Source: Alphaproteobacteria bacterium
GTDB taxonomy: Bacteria > Pseudomonadota > Alphaproteobacteria > SMXP01
Length of the DNA stretch: 64,000 nucleotides
Assembly: GCA_965214255.1 (NCBI GenBank)
Contig: OZ243948.1
Location: 1,433,885-1,497,884, forward strand
Reading direction: 5' to 3'
The position numbers were made by a program, and so were the translations under genes. Under the pieces are notes generated by a model that saw nothing but the letters and a program-made list of their open reading frames with translations, had not been told where the DNA came from and did no database searches. Positions 1 through 8,176 of this stretch are shown piece by piece; position 1 is the first letter of the stretch, and each line of letters opens with the position of its first letter.

Positions 1-608
1 AACGCGAACAGTTTTTCCCGAGGGTCGCGGTCGCGCTTGTACTGCTCGACGGCGTCGTCGGCGGTCTGCTTGGTGAGGCTGTTCTTCAGTTCGAAGGTGA
101 GGACGGGAAGGCCGTTGATGAACAGCGCGATGTCCAGCTCGCGCGAAGTCTCGTTCGCGCTGTAGCGCAGTTGCCGGGTGACGGTGAAGCGGTTCTGCTG
201 AAAACGCTCTTGCGCCGTCTCGTTGCCCGGGGACGGGGTGCCGTAGAACAGGTCGATCCGGTGGGCGCCGTGTTTGACGCCATCTCGGAGTACGTCAACG
301 GTCCCGCGCTTGGAGACTTCGCCGCGCAACCGGTCCAGGAACTTGCGGCGGGTGGGGCCGTCTTCCGAAAGGCTCAGAGACTCGGCGACACGAGGTTGCG
401 TCTCCCGGAGGAAGGCGGAGAGTTGGTGCAGGTCGACGCAGTGCTCCCGGTCGTAGTGGCGGTGACTGCCGGGTCTCCACCCGACGCCGCCAGGGGCCGC
501 GGACGTATCGAAGTCCGCCGCAGTGGCCGTCGGCTCGCACGGGTCGCCGGCCAGCGCCGTGCAGATCAGGCGTTCGAGGCCGCGTTCGGTGGTGTCTGTG
601 GTCGTCAT
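1..608 (-). CDS. hsdR: Type I restriction enzyme R subunit (HsdR), N-terminal part; gene runs off the window edge
   Basis: Minus-strand frame is open to position 1 with ATG at 608..606. Hand translation gives MTTTDTTERGLERLICTALAGDP... then ...RELDIALFINGLPVLTFELKNSLTKQTADDAVEQYKRDRDPREKLF, which is the conserved HsdR N-terminal region (D-x-x-L-F-x-N-G-x-P-x-x-x-x-E-x-K). It lies 5 bp downstream of orf256 in the same operon as hsdS and hsdM. Confidence 0.8.
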   Translation of the reverse strand, partial: MTTTDTTERGLERLICTALAGDPCEPTATAADFDTSAAPGGVGWRPGSHRHYDREHCVDLHQLSAFLRETQPRVAESLSLSEDGPTRRKFLDRLRGEVSKRGTVDVLRDGVKHGAHRIDLFYGTPSPGNETAQERFQQNRFTVTRQLRYSANETSRELDIALFINGLPVLTFELKNSLTKQTADDAVEQYKRDRDPREKLFA

Positions 609-613
609 GTCGC

Positions 614-1384
614 CTAGTTCAAGACGGCGACGAATTCGTCCGGTCGCGACCAGCACGAAACGGTGGATAAAGGCTCGATCATCTTGAAATCTTCATCGGA
701 CCAGACGTCGGACGTGTCGTCGAACAACGAAACGAACTCGTGGGCCTTCGGTCCTGCGGCGAGGTGATTCAGATCGTGCCAGACTGCCACCGCGTGCTCG
801 GAGACCCTGCGGGCCGCCGCACGGTTTCCGGTAGTCAAGACCAGAACAAGAGAACTTCGCCGCTCGGCGCGAACGTGAAAATCGATCGTCCAGCGATGCC
901 CCGAACGCCCGACCAGCTTCTCACCGGGTTCGAACTCAAACTCCCTCTCGGTAAGGAAGTCGGCGACGTCACCGGTAATAGACTGAACCGCCTGCGTTCG
1001 GAACGTGAACCACAGGTCGGATACGCGCAGGGCCGCCTGCGCGACCCGGGTGACGACCTCCGCAAGGTCGTCGCCGGGCCGACACTTCGCCTGAAGCATG
1101 CCCCGGCGGAACTCGATTCCATGCGTCACGCATGTATCTTCGATAAGCCGCGTCTGCTTCGGTGAGCGGCGCAACGACATGGACTGCATCCGAAGCCAGC
1201 CCGTGGTTTCGGCAAGGTCGCTCACCGTCACCCCGTTGTCATGGACTTGGCAGAAGAGATCGATGTTGTCGCCGTCCGGGTAGAGATAGGGCGTCCGAAT
1301 CCGTTGATGGTCTCCCTGCTCCGAGCAGGTGAACAAGGCGCCCAAGCGTTCCTGAAGATCACGGCAGATTTGGCTGGAGTCCAT
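614..1384 (-). CDS. Hypothetical protein (256 aa) encoded between hsdS and hsdR; no motif recognised
   Basis: ORF with ATG at 1384..1382 and stop 5 bp before the hsdR start. It is co-oriented and tightly packed inside the hsd operon. No signal peptide and no Walker, HEPN or Fic motifs were seen. Confidence 0.55.
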   Translation of the reverse strand: MDSSQICRDLQERLGALFTCSEQGDHQRIRTPYLYPDGDNIDLFCQVHDNGVTVSDLAETTGWLRMQSMSLRRSPKQTRLIEDTCVTHGIEFRRGMLQAKCRPGDDLAEVVTRVAQAALRVSDLWFTFRTQAVQSITGDVADFLTEREFEFEPGEKLVGRSGHRWTIDFHVRAERRSSLVLVLTTGNRAAARRVSEHAVAVWHDLNHLAAGPKAHEFVSLFDDTSDVWSDEDFKMIEPLSTVSCWSRPDEFVAVLN

Positions 1385-1423
1385 CAGAACATCTCACTTG
1401 GTTATCTTCTCGGCCAATGGAGT

Positions 1424-2875
1424 TCACACCGCCGCCGTTTCACGAGAGGCGTCGATATTGTCGGCTTCCGTCGGAGTCTCGTCAAGTCCGGGGTCGTCGG
1501 TCTCGTCTTCGGCGGCGAGGGGGTCGACCTGCGGCAGGGCCGCCGCCGCTTCGCGCACGTCTAGCTTGCCGGTGACGACATCGGCGACGAGGCGGGCGCG
1601 GTATTCGTCGAGCAGTTCGACTTCGCGGTCGGCGCGGGCGATGGCAGCGTCGATGTCGGCGGCAGCCTTGTCGAGATATGCGACGATGGCGGTTTGTTCG
1701 GGGAGGGGTGGTAAAATCACAGAGACTTTTTTCAACTCAGGCCAGTAAAGATTACGCTGTATTGTTCCTACCCCCTTGGAAAAAATCAGATATTGCGAAA
1801 CCATCAATTTTGTGCGTAGCAAGTAATTTGCATATACCGGATTCCAGCAATCGTTGAGACTTAAGACAATGTATGCTGGGCTTACTATTCCTTTGTATTG
1901 GGATACGCCTACCGATCCACGCCAAGCCTGTTGGTTGTTAAGAACAAAATCTCCCGGATCGACAGCTTGATAGTTAATCAAATCAACGCTTGTGGCATTT
2001 GCGCGCTTTTCTTCGACATCAGAAAACCTAACAACAGATTTATCCAGGTAGACGGAAAGAAGCTCTCGTTCCGGACAGTTACGCACGGACTTTAGATTGG
2101 AAACTGCACAGATCGGTAACACCTCCCAATGCGCCGGTACTTCCCCCAGCCATTCGACGCCGGAGTCCTTCATGGGCGCGTCGGGGTCGAGGCCGCGGGT
2201 GACGGCGCGGTGGACGAGGGCCTGCTTTTGCTCTTTGAGCAGAGCCACCAGCTTGCGCTTCGCCTTCGTGAGCCACCGCACCCGCCGGTCTATGTAGTCC
2301 AGATACCGCACGATGGCAGTTTGTTCATCCGGCGCCGTTGGAACCGCGACCGATATTTCTCGCATCCGAGCCTTCGACAAGTCCCACTGTCCAATACGAA
2401 CCCCATCTGAAGCCTTGTTGAAGCTAGGAACATACGCCTTTGATCTTATGGCCGTGTGAAAGAAGTCGCCATCGACTCCATGAAGGGCAAACACGAAGTA
2501 CGCGGGACTCACCAGCCCATTAAATTTCGACACACCATACGAGCCCTGCCACGCCTTCATCTTGTTCATGGCAAATTGACCTTGTTGAACGACCTTGTAA
2601 TTGCTTAGGTCGTCGGGAACGTAATTGTGGTTTTCGTCCCTATTGGAGAGGTCTCTAAGAATCACACCCTGTTCCCGCACCACTGATAGCAGAGGCAAAT
2701 CAGGCTGATTTCTAGTGACAACAGATCGGAGAAGGTGCCTTAGTTTCTTGATTTCCCAATGCGCCGGTACTTCGCCCAGCCACGCGACGCCGGAGTCCTT
2801 CATTTCGGGATAGGGTTCGAGTGTCTTGGCAACGGCTGCGGCCGTCGCTTCCACAGGTCGATCGGTCCCGGTCAT
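1424..2875 (-). CDS. hsdS: Type I R-M specificity subunit HsdS with two target-recognition domains
   Basis: The duplicated conserved segments KDSGVAWLGEVPAHWE and KDSGVEWLGEVPAHWE and the PEQTAIV motifs fit the two-TRD HsdS architecture. Preferred start is the ATG at 2875, which forms an ATGA overlap with the orf126 stop; the ORF track extends to 2902. Confidence 0.9.
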   Translation of the reverse strand: MTGTDRPVEATAAAVAKTLEPYPEMKDSGVAWLGEVPAHWEIKKLRHLLRSVVTRNQPDLPLLSVVREQGVILRDLSNRDENHNYVPDDLSNYKVVQQGQFAMNKMKAWQGSYGVSKFNGLVSPAYFVFALHGVDGDFFHTAIRSKAYVPSFNKASDGVRIGQWDLSKARMREISVAVPTAPDEQTAIVRYLDYIDRRVRWLTKAKRKLVALLKEQKQALVHRAVTRGLDPDAPMKDSGVEWLGEVPAHWEVLPICAVSNLKSVRNCPERELLSVYLDKSVVRFSDVEEKRANATSVDLINYQAVDPGDFVLNNQQAWRGSVGVSQYKGIVSPAYIVLSLNDCWNPVYANYLLRTKLMVSQYLIFSKGVGTIQRNLYWPELKKVSVILPPLPEQTAIVAYLDKAAADIDAAIARADREVELLDEYRARLVADVVTGKLDVREAAAALPQVDPLAAEDETDDPGLDETPTEADNIDASRETAAV

Positions 2876-3252
2876 GGAGCGGCATCCGCCTTGTACCGCC
2901 AACCGCGCTCCGTAGCGGCTACGGTGAGCCGTTTCGCCTTCTTTTCGACTTGCGTGTTGGAGCAGGCGGTGAAATCGATCAGCGCATGAGCGGGATGAGG
3001 CTCAGGATCGGGCTCAACCGGCAAGTCCTGCGCGGCACAGTCGCCACGGGAGACGGCGAGGACGCCGACCGAGGCGAACCCGAGATCTCCCGTGTAATAC
3101 GCCCAGGCGTCTTCAGCCGTAATCAGATCGCCGTCATAAACCGACAGACGCTTGCCGTCCTTGGGGAAAGGTTTGAACGCCTGGCTGGTCACGCGGCCTT
3201 TCTGTACCCAGGACGGGCTAACCTGACGATACAGCAAGGCGTCGTCGTTCAT
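2872..3252 (-). CDS. Hypothetical protein (126 aa), translationally coupled to orf375 upstream and hsdS downstream
   Basis: ATGA overlaps occur at both ends (3249-3252 and 2872-2875). Sequence: MNDDALLYRQVSPSWVQKGRVTSQAFKPFPKDGKRLSVYDGD...HALIDF. No recognisable family. Confidence 0.5.
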   Translation of the reverse strand: MNDDALLYRQVSPSWVQKGRVTSQAFKPFPKDGKRLSVYDGDLITAEDAWAYYTGDLGFASVGVLAVSRGDCAAQDLPVEPDPEPHPAHALIDFTACSNTQVEKKAKRLTVAATERGWRYKADAAP

Positions 3253-4376
3253 GACGCCTTGCCCAGGGTTTTCTCAAGTTTCTCAACGAGCCATGCCCAG
3301 GAATCGTCATCCTCGAGACCGAGCTCGCGGGTCTCTTCGTCGTCGGTCTCCAGGTCGAGTCCGTGCCATGTGCCGCGCTTATCGGCCAAGTGAATATCCA
3401 GCGACAAGTTCCACCGGTCGTTCGACCACTCGGCGCGAATGTCGCCTTCGGGAGTGGGATAGAGGTGCGGCAACACGGTTTCATCGGGATAATGAAGATC
3501 GCAGGCTCTTTCCAGCCAATCGACCCCGTCCGCCGGAGGAGCTTTGCCTTCCCCTTCCAGCCAGCCGTCCTTCAGCAGGCGTATCTCGTCGAGCCGCGCG
3601 CCGATGTCCAGAGGATCGAGGGCGTTGATGTGCTCGATGGAATCGAATCGGACCAATTTTCCGCCGCGATTCACGACGCCTACTCCTTGAATCAGAACCT
3701 TTTGCCCGGCCTGATAGCCGTTGAACACTTCCAATATGGTGTCTCGGTGTTGCGGAGCAATGGGCGCCGCCACCTTCTTGCCGTCAGGCAACTGCAACTC
3801 GAACCGCATATTGTCCTGATCCGCCTCCGGGACCAGGCCGCGAATGGCGGTCTCCTCGGCGATCTCCCGCGCCGAGGCGGATGCGTAGACCAGTCGTCGC
3901 CTGATTTCGCGGTCGAGTCTTGCGGGAGCAGGCCCGCTCCGCGTTCCGAATTCCATGGCTTCCCCTTCCCGAAGGCTTCGCCCCATCCGGTCGAAGTAGC
4001 TGAGCCATTTCTCGGGCAGGTAATCCGTAATTCCCTCTCCTTTTTCAGCGGCGGCAATGGCCGAAACGATCAAATTACGGGCCTTCTCGAAGTACTTCTG
4101 ATTCACCGGCGGAAACAGCGTCGGAGAGGCCGTAACCAGCGAGATCACGGGAACCGCGCTGCCGTCCTCGATGCCCGTCAGCTTCAATTCGATGCCGTTG
4201 GTAAATCCGCGCGGCGATCTTTTTCGGTCAGGATGGTCTTTGAGAAACTCGGTTTTCGCCACCTCGACGATCATCTCCTCAAGGACGGCCAGGTCCTTCA
4301 AAAACTCCAAGGGGATCGCCTTCCCTTCGAAGCGACTTCCGGTCAGCCTGGGTCGCATGAACTCATGTGCGCTCAT
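3249..4376 (-). CDS. Hypothetical protein (375 aa) within the hsd operon
   Basis: Long ORF with good codon periodicity that overlaps the fic stop by 14 bp and orf126 by ATGA. No catalytic motif recognised; the C-terminus is acidic (…LETDDEETRELGLEDDDSWAWLVEKLEK). Confidence 0.55.
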   Translation of the reverse strand: MSAHEFMRPRLTGSRFEGKAIPLEFLKDLAVLEEMIVEVAKTEFLKDHPDRKRSPRGFTNGIELKLTGIEDGSAVPVISLVTASPTLFPPVNQKYFEKARNLIVSAIAAAEKGEGITDYLPEKWLSYFDRMGRSLREGEAMEFGTRSGPAPARLDREIRRRLVYASASAREIAEETAIRGLVPEADQDNMRFELQLPDGKKVAAPIAPQHRDTILEVFNGYQAGQKVLIQGVGVVNRGGKLVRFDSIEHINALDPLDIGARLDEIRLLKDGWLEGEGKAPPADGVDWLERACDLHYPDETVLPHLYPTPEGDIRAEWSNDRWNLSLDIHLADKRGTWHGLDLETDDEETRELGLEDDDSWAWLVEKLEKTLGKAS

Positions 4377-5607
4377 CGTTCACCTCGACGGTTTCCCCGC
4401 CCGGACTCTCGCCCGCCAATCCCTCGCTCTCACGTTCCGGCGCGGCATCCAGTTCGGTTCCTTCATTGAGGATGGCCAAGTACCGGCCATAAGCGAACAG
4501 GCGCCCGTAGTGCCTTCCCGTAACTTCACGGACAATCCCGTAGTCGACAAGCCGGTCCATCGCCGATGAAACGGCGGGAAAGGAGAGCACCTTGCGCTTG
4601 CAAATCTCGGAAATGGAGAGGATCGGTCGTTCCGTCAGGGCCTGATGCACGAGCAAGGCCGAACCGGTGCGGCGGCCCCGCCTTTCTATGGCTTCCCTGT
4701 CTTTCATAAACATCTCGGACAGGCGGCGAGAGGTGGCGACCGCGTCTTCGGCGCCCACCCGCACGCTTTCGAGAAAGAAAGCCAGCCACGCTTCCCAGTC
4801 ACCGGTGCGGCGCACATGGTCCAACAAATCATAATACGTGCTTTGGCGGCGCTTGAAGTAAAGGCTCAAATACAGCAGCGGTTCCCGCAATACGCCGGAC
4901 CGACAAAGCAGAAGAACGATCAACAGCCGCCCGATGCGCCCGTTGCCGTCGAGGAAGGGATGGACGGTCTCGAACTGTACATGGGCGAGCCCCGCGCGGA
5001 TCAATACCGGCAGCCCGTCGTCCTCCGCGTTCAGAAAGCGCTCCAGGTCGGACATGCAGTCCTGCACGGCGGTATACGGCGGGGGCACGAATACCGCGTT
5101 GCCGGGCCGGGTGCCGCCAATCCAGTTCTGCGAACGGCGGAATTCGCCGGGCGCCTTGTTGCTTCCCCGCCCTCTCCGCAACAACACGCCGTGAATCTCG
5201 CGGATCAGACGATTGGACATCGGGAAGCCTTCCCGCAGGCGGCTCAGGCCGTGCTCCAGGGCGGCCACATGGTTCGAGACTTCGACGACATCGTCCAGCG
5301 GCACGCCGGACCTCTCCTGCGACTCATAAAGCAGGAGATCGGAAAAGGACGATTGCGTTCCCTCTATCTGCGAGGACAGGACGGCTTCCTTGCGTACATA
5401 GGCGTAAAGAAAGAGCGTCGAGTCGGGTAAAAACGCCGAGATGTTATCGAGCCGGCCGAGGGCGAGGGCCGCCGATTCGAAGGACTGTTGCAGAGCGCCG
5501 TCCAGGACGGGCGGGGGATCGGGCGGCAGCGGCGCAGGCAGAAAGGCGCGGACCCGTTCGCCCCCCGCGCTCGTGATTTCGTATCCGCCTATTTCTCCGC
5601 GCTCCAT
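4363..5607 (-). CDS. fic: Fic-family protein (adenylyltransferase/AMPylator fold) with an N-terminal inhibitory helix motif
   Basis: Canonical Fic motif HPFLDGNGRIGRLL (HxFx[DE]GNGRxxR). An upstream [ST]xxxE[GN] inhibitory motif (SSQIEG) is consistent with a class II arrangement. C-terminal region is wHTH-like. ATG at 5607..5605. Confidence 0.85.
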   Translation of the reverse strand: MERGEIGGYEITSAGGERVRAFLPAPLPPDPPPVLDGALQQSFESAALALGRLDNISAFLPDSTLFLYAYVRKEAVLSSQIEGTQSSFSDLLLYESQERSGVPLDDVVEVSNHVAALEHGLSRLREGFPMSNRLIREIHGVLLRRGRGSNKAPGEFRRSQNWIGGTRPGNAVFVPPPYTAVQDCMSDLERFLNAEDDGLPVLIRAGLAHVQFETVHPFLDGNGRIGRLLIVLLLCRSGVLREPLLYLSLYFKRRQSTYYDLLDHVRRTGDWEAWLAFFLESVRVGAEDAVATSRRLSEMFMKDREAIERRGRRTGSALLVHQALTERPILSISEICKRKVLSFPAVSSAMDRLVDYGIVREVTGRHYGRLFAYGRYLAILNEGTELDAAPERESEGLAGESPGGETVEVNDERT

Positions 5608-5686
5608 ATCGGATGAGTACCGAGTGATTTAAAGGAAATTGAATTTACCACTGTGAAATTAAAATTTCACGCAAAAAATTTAATTT
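5563..5686. repeat. Direct repeat copy A (~124 bp): AT-rich segment plus the first ~15 codons of fic
   Basis: About 92% identical to 5947..6069, including the stretch gagtaccgagtgatttaaaggaaattgaatttaccactgtgaaattaaaatttcacgcaaaaaatttaatt. Confidence 0.8.
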
Positions 5687-5743
5687 GCTGTAACCGGCAG
5701 TCCTTCGGGTTCCCGCTCCAAAGCCGGAATGCGGCTCCATATG

Positions 5744-5903
5744 TAACGCAGCCTTTCATACGGCAAGAATATGGTTCTATATGTTCGGCAGCCGTTCATA
5801 TAGCGGGCATTTGGGCCCATATGTAACGCAGCCGTTCATATAGCGGGAATGTGGACCCATATGTAACGCAGCCTTGAATATGGCGTTCTGTTGAGGCGGC
5901 CTT
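5744..5903. repeat. 4 x 40-bp tandem repeat, each unit containing CATATG/CATATA palindromic elements
   Basis: The units ggctccatatgtaacgcagcctttcatacggcaagaatat, ggttctatatgttcggcagccgttcatatagcgggcattt, gggcccatatgtaacgcagccgttcatatagcgggaatgt and ggacccatatgtaacgcagccttgaatatggcgttctgtt are directly adjacent. GC is about 45%. Confidence 0.8.
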
Positions 5904-5946
5904 GAACATTCATGCGGGACACTCCCCGACGATCTCGCCCGGCAGT

Positions 5947-6069
5947 CCCCGCGCTCGTGGTTTCGTATCCGCCTGTTTCTCCGCGCCGCATATCGGATGA
6001 GTACCGAGTGATTTAAAGGAAATTGAATTTACCACTGTGAAATTAAATTTTCACGCAAAAAACTTAATT
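5947..6069. repeat. Direct repeat copy B with a degenerate fic start (MRRGETGGYETTSAG) fused to an hsdM-3'-end-like tail
   Basis: Reverse-complement reads atg cgg cgc gga gaa aca ggc gga tac gaa acc acg agc gcg ggg, then act gcc ggg cga gat cgt cgg. This tail resembles the hsdM terminus gct gct ggg cga gat cgt cgg caa gta g. Copy B lies 40 bp downstream of the true hsdM stop. Confidence 0.7.
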
Positions 6070-6109
6070 CTCTACAAGTAAAACCTTACATCAAGACAGG
6101 TTCAGGTTC

Positions 6110-8083
6110 CTACTTGCCGACGATCTCGCCCAGCAGCCCCCCGCTCTCCCGTCCCAGCGCGAGGATGTCGCCTCGAATCTCCTCAAGGGAGCGCATCGGC
6201 TCCGGCTTGTAGAAGTGGCGCGTGAAGCTGATCTCGTAGCCGATCTTGACAGCTTCCGGGCGATACCAGGCGTCGGGCGCGTAGGGCAAGACCTCGCGCT
6301 TCAGGAACGCCTCTATGCCGCCCTTCTCGGTGAGCGGGACCTGCTCCGTGTCGCGCAGGTCCGGGTCCGGCTCGTACTCGACCACGGCGGGTTCGCCCTC
6401 GACGGTCGCCTCGAACAAGCCATGCAGAGGGTCCGCCCCCCCCCGCCTGTGGATCTTGCGGATGACGGGCGGCGCGTCCTCGGAGCGCGCGCCGGTCTCT
6501 TTGAGCGTCTTGATCTCCGCCGCCTTGCAGGCGCGGTTCGGGTCGGCGCCCTCGATGCGGAGCGGGCGCTCCACGACCACTTTCCAATACCCGAAAGCCT
6601 CGTTGTCGAAGATCCTGCTCCGCTCGGTTTCCTCGAAATCGAGGAACGCCTCGCAGATGCGCCGGATGTCGTCCTCGCCCAACTCGCAGTTCTTCTTGCC
6701 CAGATTCTTACGCAGGGGCCGGTACCACTCGGTCGCGTCGATGAGTTGCACTTTGCCCCGGCGGTGCTCCGGCTTGCGGTTGGTCAGCACCCAGACGTAG
6801 GTGGCGATGCCGGTGTTGTAGAACAGGTTCAGCGGCAGCGCGACGATCGCTTCCAGCCAGTCGTTCTCGATGATCCAGCGGCGGATGTTGCTCTCGCCCT
6901 GGCCGGCGTCGCCGGTGAACAGCGAACTGCCGTTGTGGACCTCGGCGATGCGGCTGCCGAGGGGCGTGTCCCGCTTCATCTTGGAGAGCAGGTTGACGAG
7001 GAACAGCATCTGCCCGTCGCTCGACCGCGTCACCAGGGAATATTCCGGGTCGTCGCCGTGTTGGATCATAAAGCGCGGATCGTGCATGTCCTTCTTGCCG
7101 CCCATGCGCTCCAGGTCCGTCTTCCAGCTTTTGCCGTAGGGCGGATTGGAGAGCATGAAGTCGAACGCGCGCGGGTGGGGGTAGGCATCGTTGGCCAGGG
7201 TGGAGTGTTGCGGGCCGCCCTCGATTTTATCCGCGTCATCGCCCTCGCCCTTGAGCATCAGGTCGGCCTTGCAGATCGCCGCGGTCTCCGCGTTGATCTC
7301 CTGGCCGTAGAGGTGCGTCGAGACCTGTTTCCCGCGTTCCGCGGCCAGTTCCTGCAGCGTCTGTTCCGCCAGGGTCAGCATGCCGCCGGTCCCGCACGCG
7401 CCGTCATAGAGAAGGTACGTGCCGGATTCGATCCGGTCGGAGATCGGCTGGAACACCAGCTTCGCCATCAGCCGCACCGCGTCGCGGGGCGTCCAGTGCT
7501 CACCGGCCTCCTCGTTGTTCTCCTCGTTGAAGCGGCGCACCAGTTCTTCGAAGATCGTACCGATGGCGTGGTTGTCGAGGCCCGGGAGCTTGATATCGCC
7601 TTTGGCGTCCTTGACGGGTTCCGGGCTCAGGTTCACCTTGGGGGAGGTGAATTTCTCGATCAAGACCCCGAGCGCGTCGGCGCGGCTCAGGCGGGGGATC
7701 TGGTTGCGGAACTCGAAGTTGTCGAGTATCTCCTGCACGTTCGGCGAGAATCCGTCGAGATAGGCCAAGAAGTCCGCTTCAAGTTGGTGCTGGTTGCCTC
7801 GCGCCCGCAGATCGTTGAGCGTGAATTGGGAGGTGTTGTAGAACGCCTGCCCCGACGCCTGGCGCAAGGCGGCGCTCTGGTCGACCAGACCGGCCCGGTC
7901 GAGACTGGCCTTCATGTCGAGGACCGCCCGTTTGGTGTCTTCGAGGACCGCGTCGAGACGACGCAGGACGGTCATCGGGAGGATCACGTCGCGGTACTTG
8001 CCCCGCGTGTAGAGGTCCCGGAGCACGTCATCGGCGATTCCCCAAATGTAGTTCGCAATCCACGTTACATCGCCGTTGGTCAT
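6110..8083 (-). CDS. hsdM: Type I R-M N6-adenine DNA methyltransferase subunit HsdM (long form, 657 aa)
   Basis: NPPYG catalytic motif (LSNPPYGKSW) and a SAM-binding region (LYDGACGTGGML). Neighbours hsdS and hsdR lie on the same strand. Confidence 0.9.
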   Translation of the reverse strand: MTNGDVTWIANYIWGIADDVLRDLYTRGKYRDVILPMTVLRRLDAVLEDTKRAVLDMKASLDRAGLVDQSAALRQASGQAFYNTSQFTLNDLRARGNQHQLEADFLAYLDGFSPNVQEILDNFEFRNQIPRLSRADALGVLIEKFTSPKVNLSPEPVKDAKGDIKLPGLDNHAIGTIFEELVRRFNEENNEEAGEHWTPRDAVRLMAKLVFQPISDRIESGTYLLYDGACGTGGMLTLAEQTLQELAAERGKQVSTHLYGQEINAETAAICKADLMLKGEGDDADKIEGGPQHSTLANDAYPHPRAFDFMLSNPPYGKSWKTDLERMGGKKDMHDPRFMIQHGDDPEYSLVTRSSDGQMLFLVNLLSKMKRDTPLGSRIAEVHNGSSLFTGDAGQGESNIRRWIIENDWLEAIVALPLNLFYNTGIATYVWVLTNRKPEHRRGKVQLIDATEWYRPLRKNLGKKNCELGEDDIRRICEAFLDFEETERSRIFDNEAFGYWKVVVERPLRIEGADPNRACKAAEIKTLKETGARSEDAPPVIRKIHRRGGADPLHGLFEATVEGEPAVVEYEPDPDLRDTEQVPLTEKGGIEAFLKREVLPYAPDAWYRPEAVKIGYEISFTRHFYKPEPMRSLEEIRGDILALGRESGGLLGEIVGK

Positions 8084-8128
8084 GGGCCGGGGTCTCGGAA
8101 GGGTGAAGGGCGCGGCGATCTTACCCGA

Positions 8129-8157
8129 CGGGCGCGGGGAAAACAGCCCCCCGCCCG
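8129..8157 (-). terminator. GC-rich hairpin downstream of the phosphatase gene (possible terminator, no U-tract)
   Basis: cgggcgcgggg-aaaacag-ccccccgcccg forms an 11-bp stem with one mismatch. It lies 20 bp past the stop at 8177. Confidence 0.25.
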
Positions 8158-8176
8158 ATACGATTCGACAGGGCGT

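Noticed and set aside
5744-5903. Possible CRISPR array
   Set aside because: The units abut with no spacers, there are only four copies, and there are no cas genes. It is interpreted as a tandem iteron or variable-number repeat.
5608-6109. Possible IS or transposon remnant in the AT-rich spacer
   Set aside because: There is no transposase-like ORF and no terminal inverted repeats. The direct repeats are explained by duplication of the fic 5' region.
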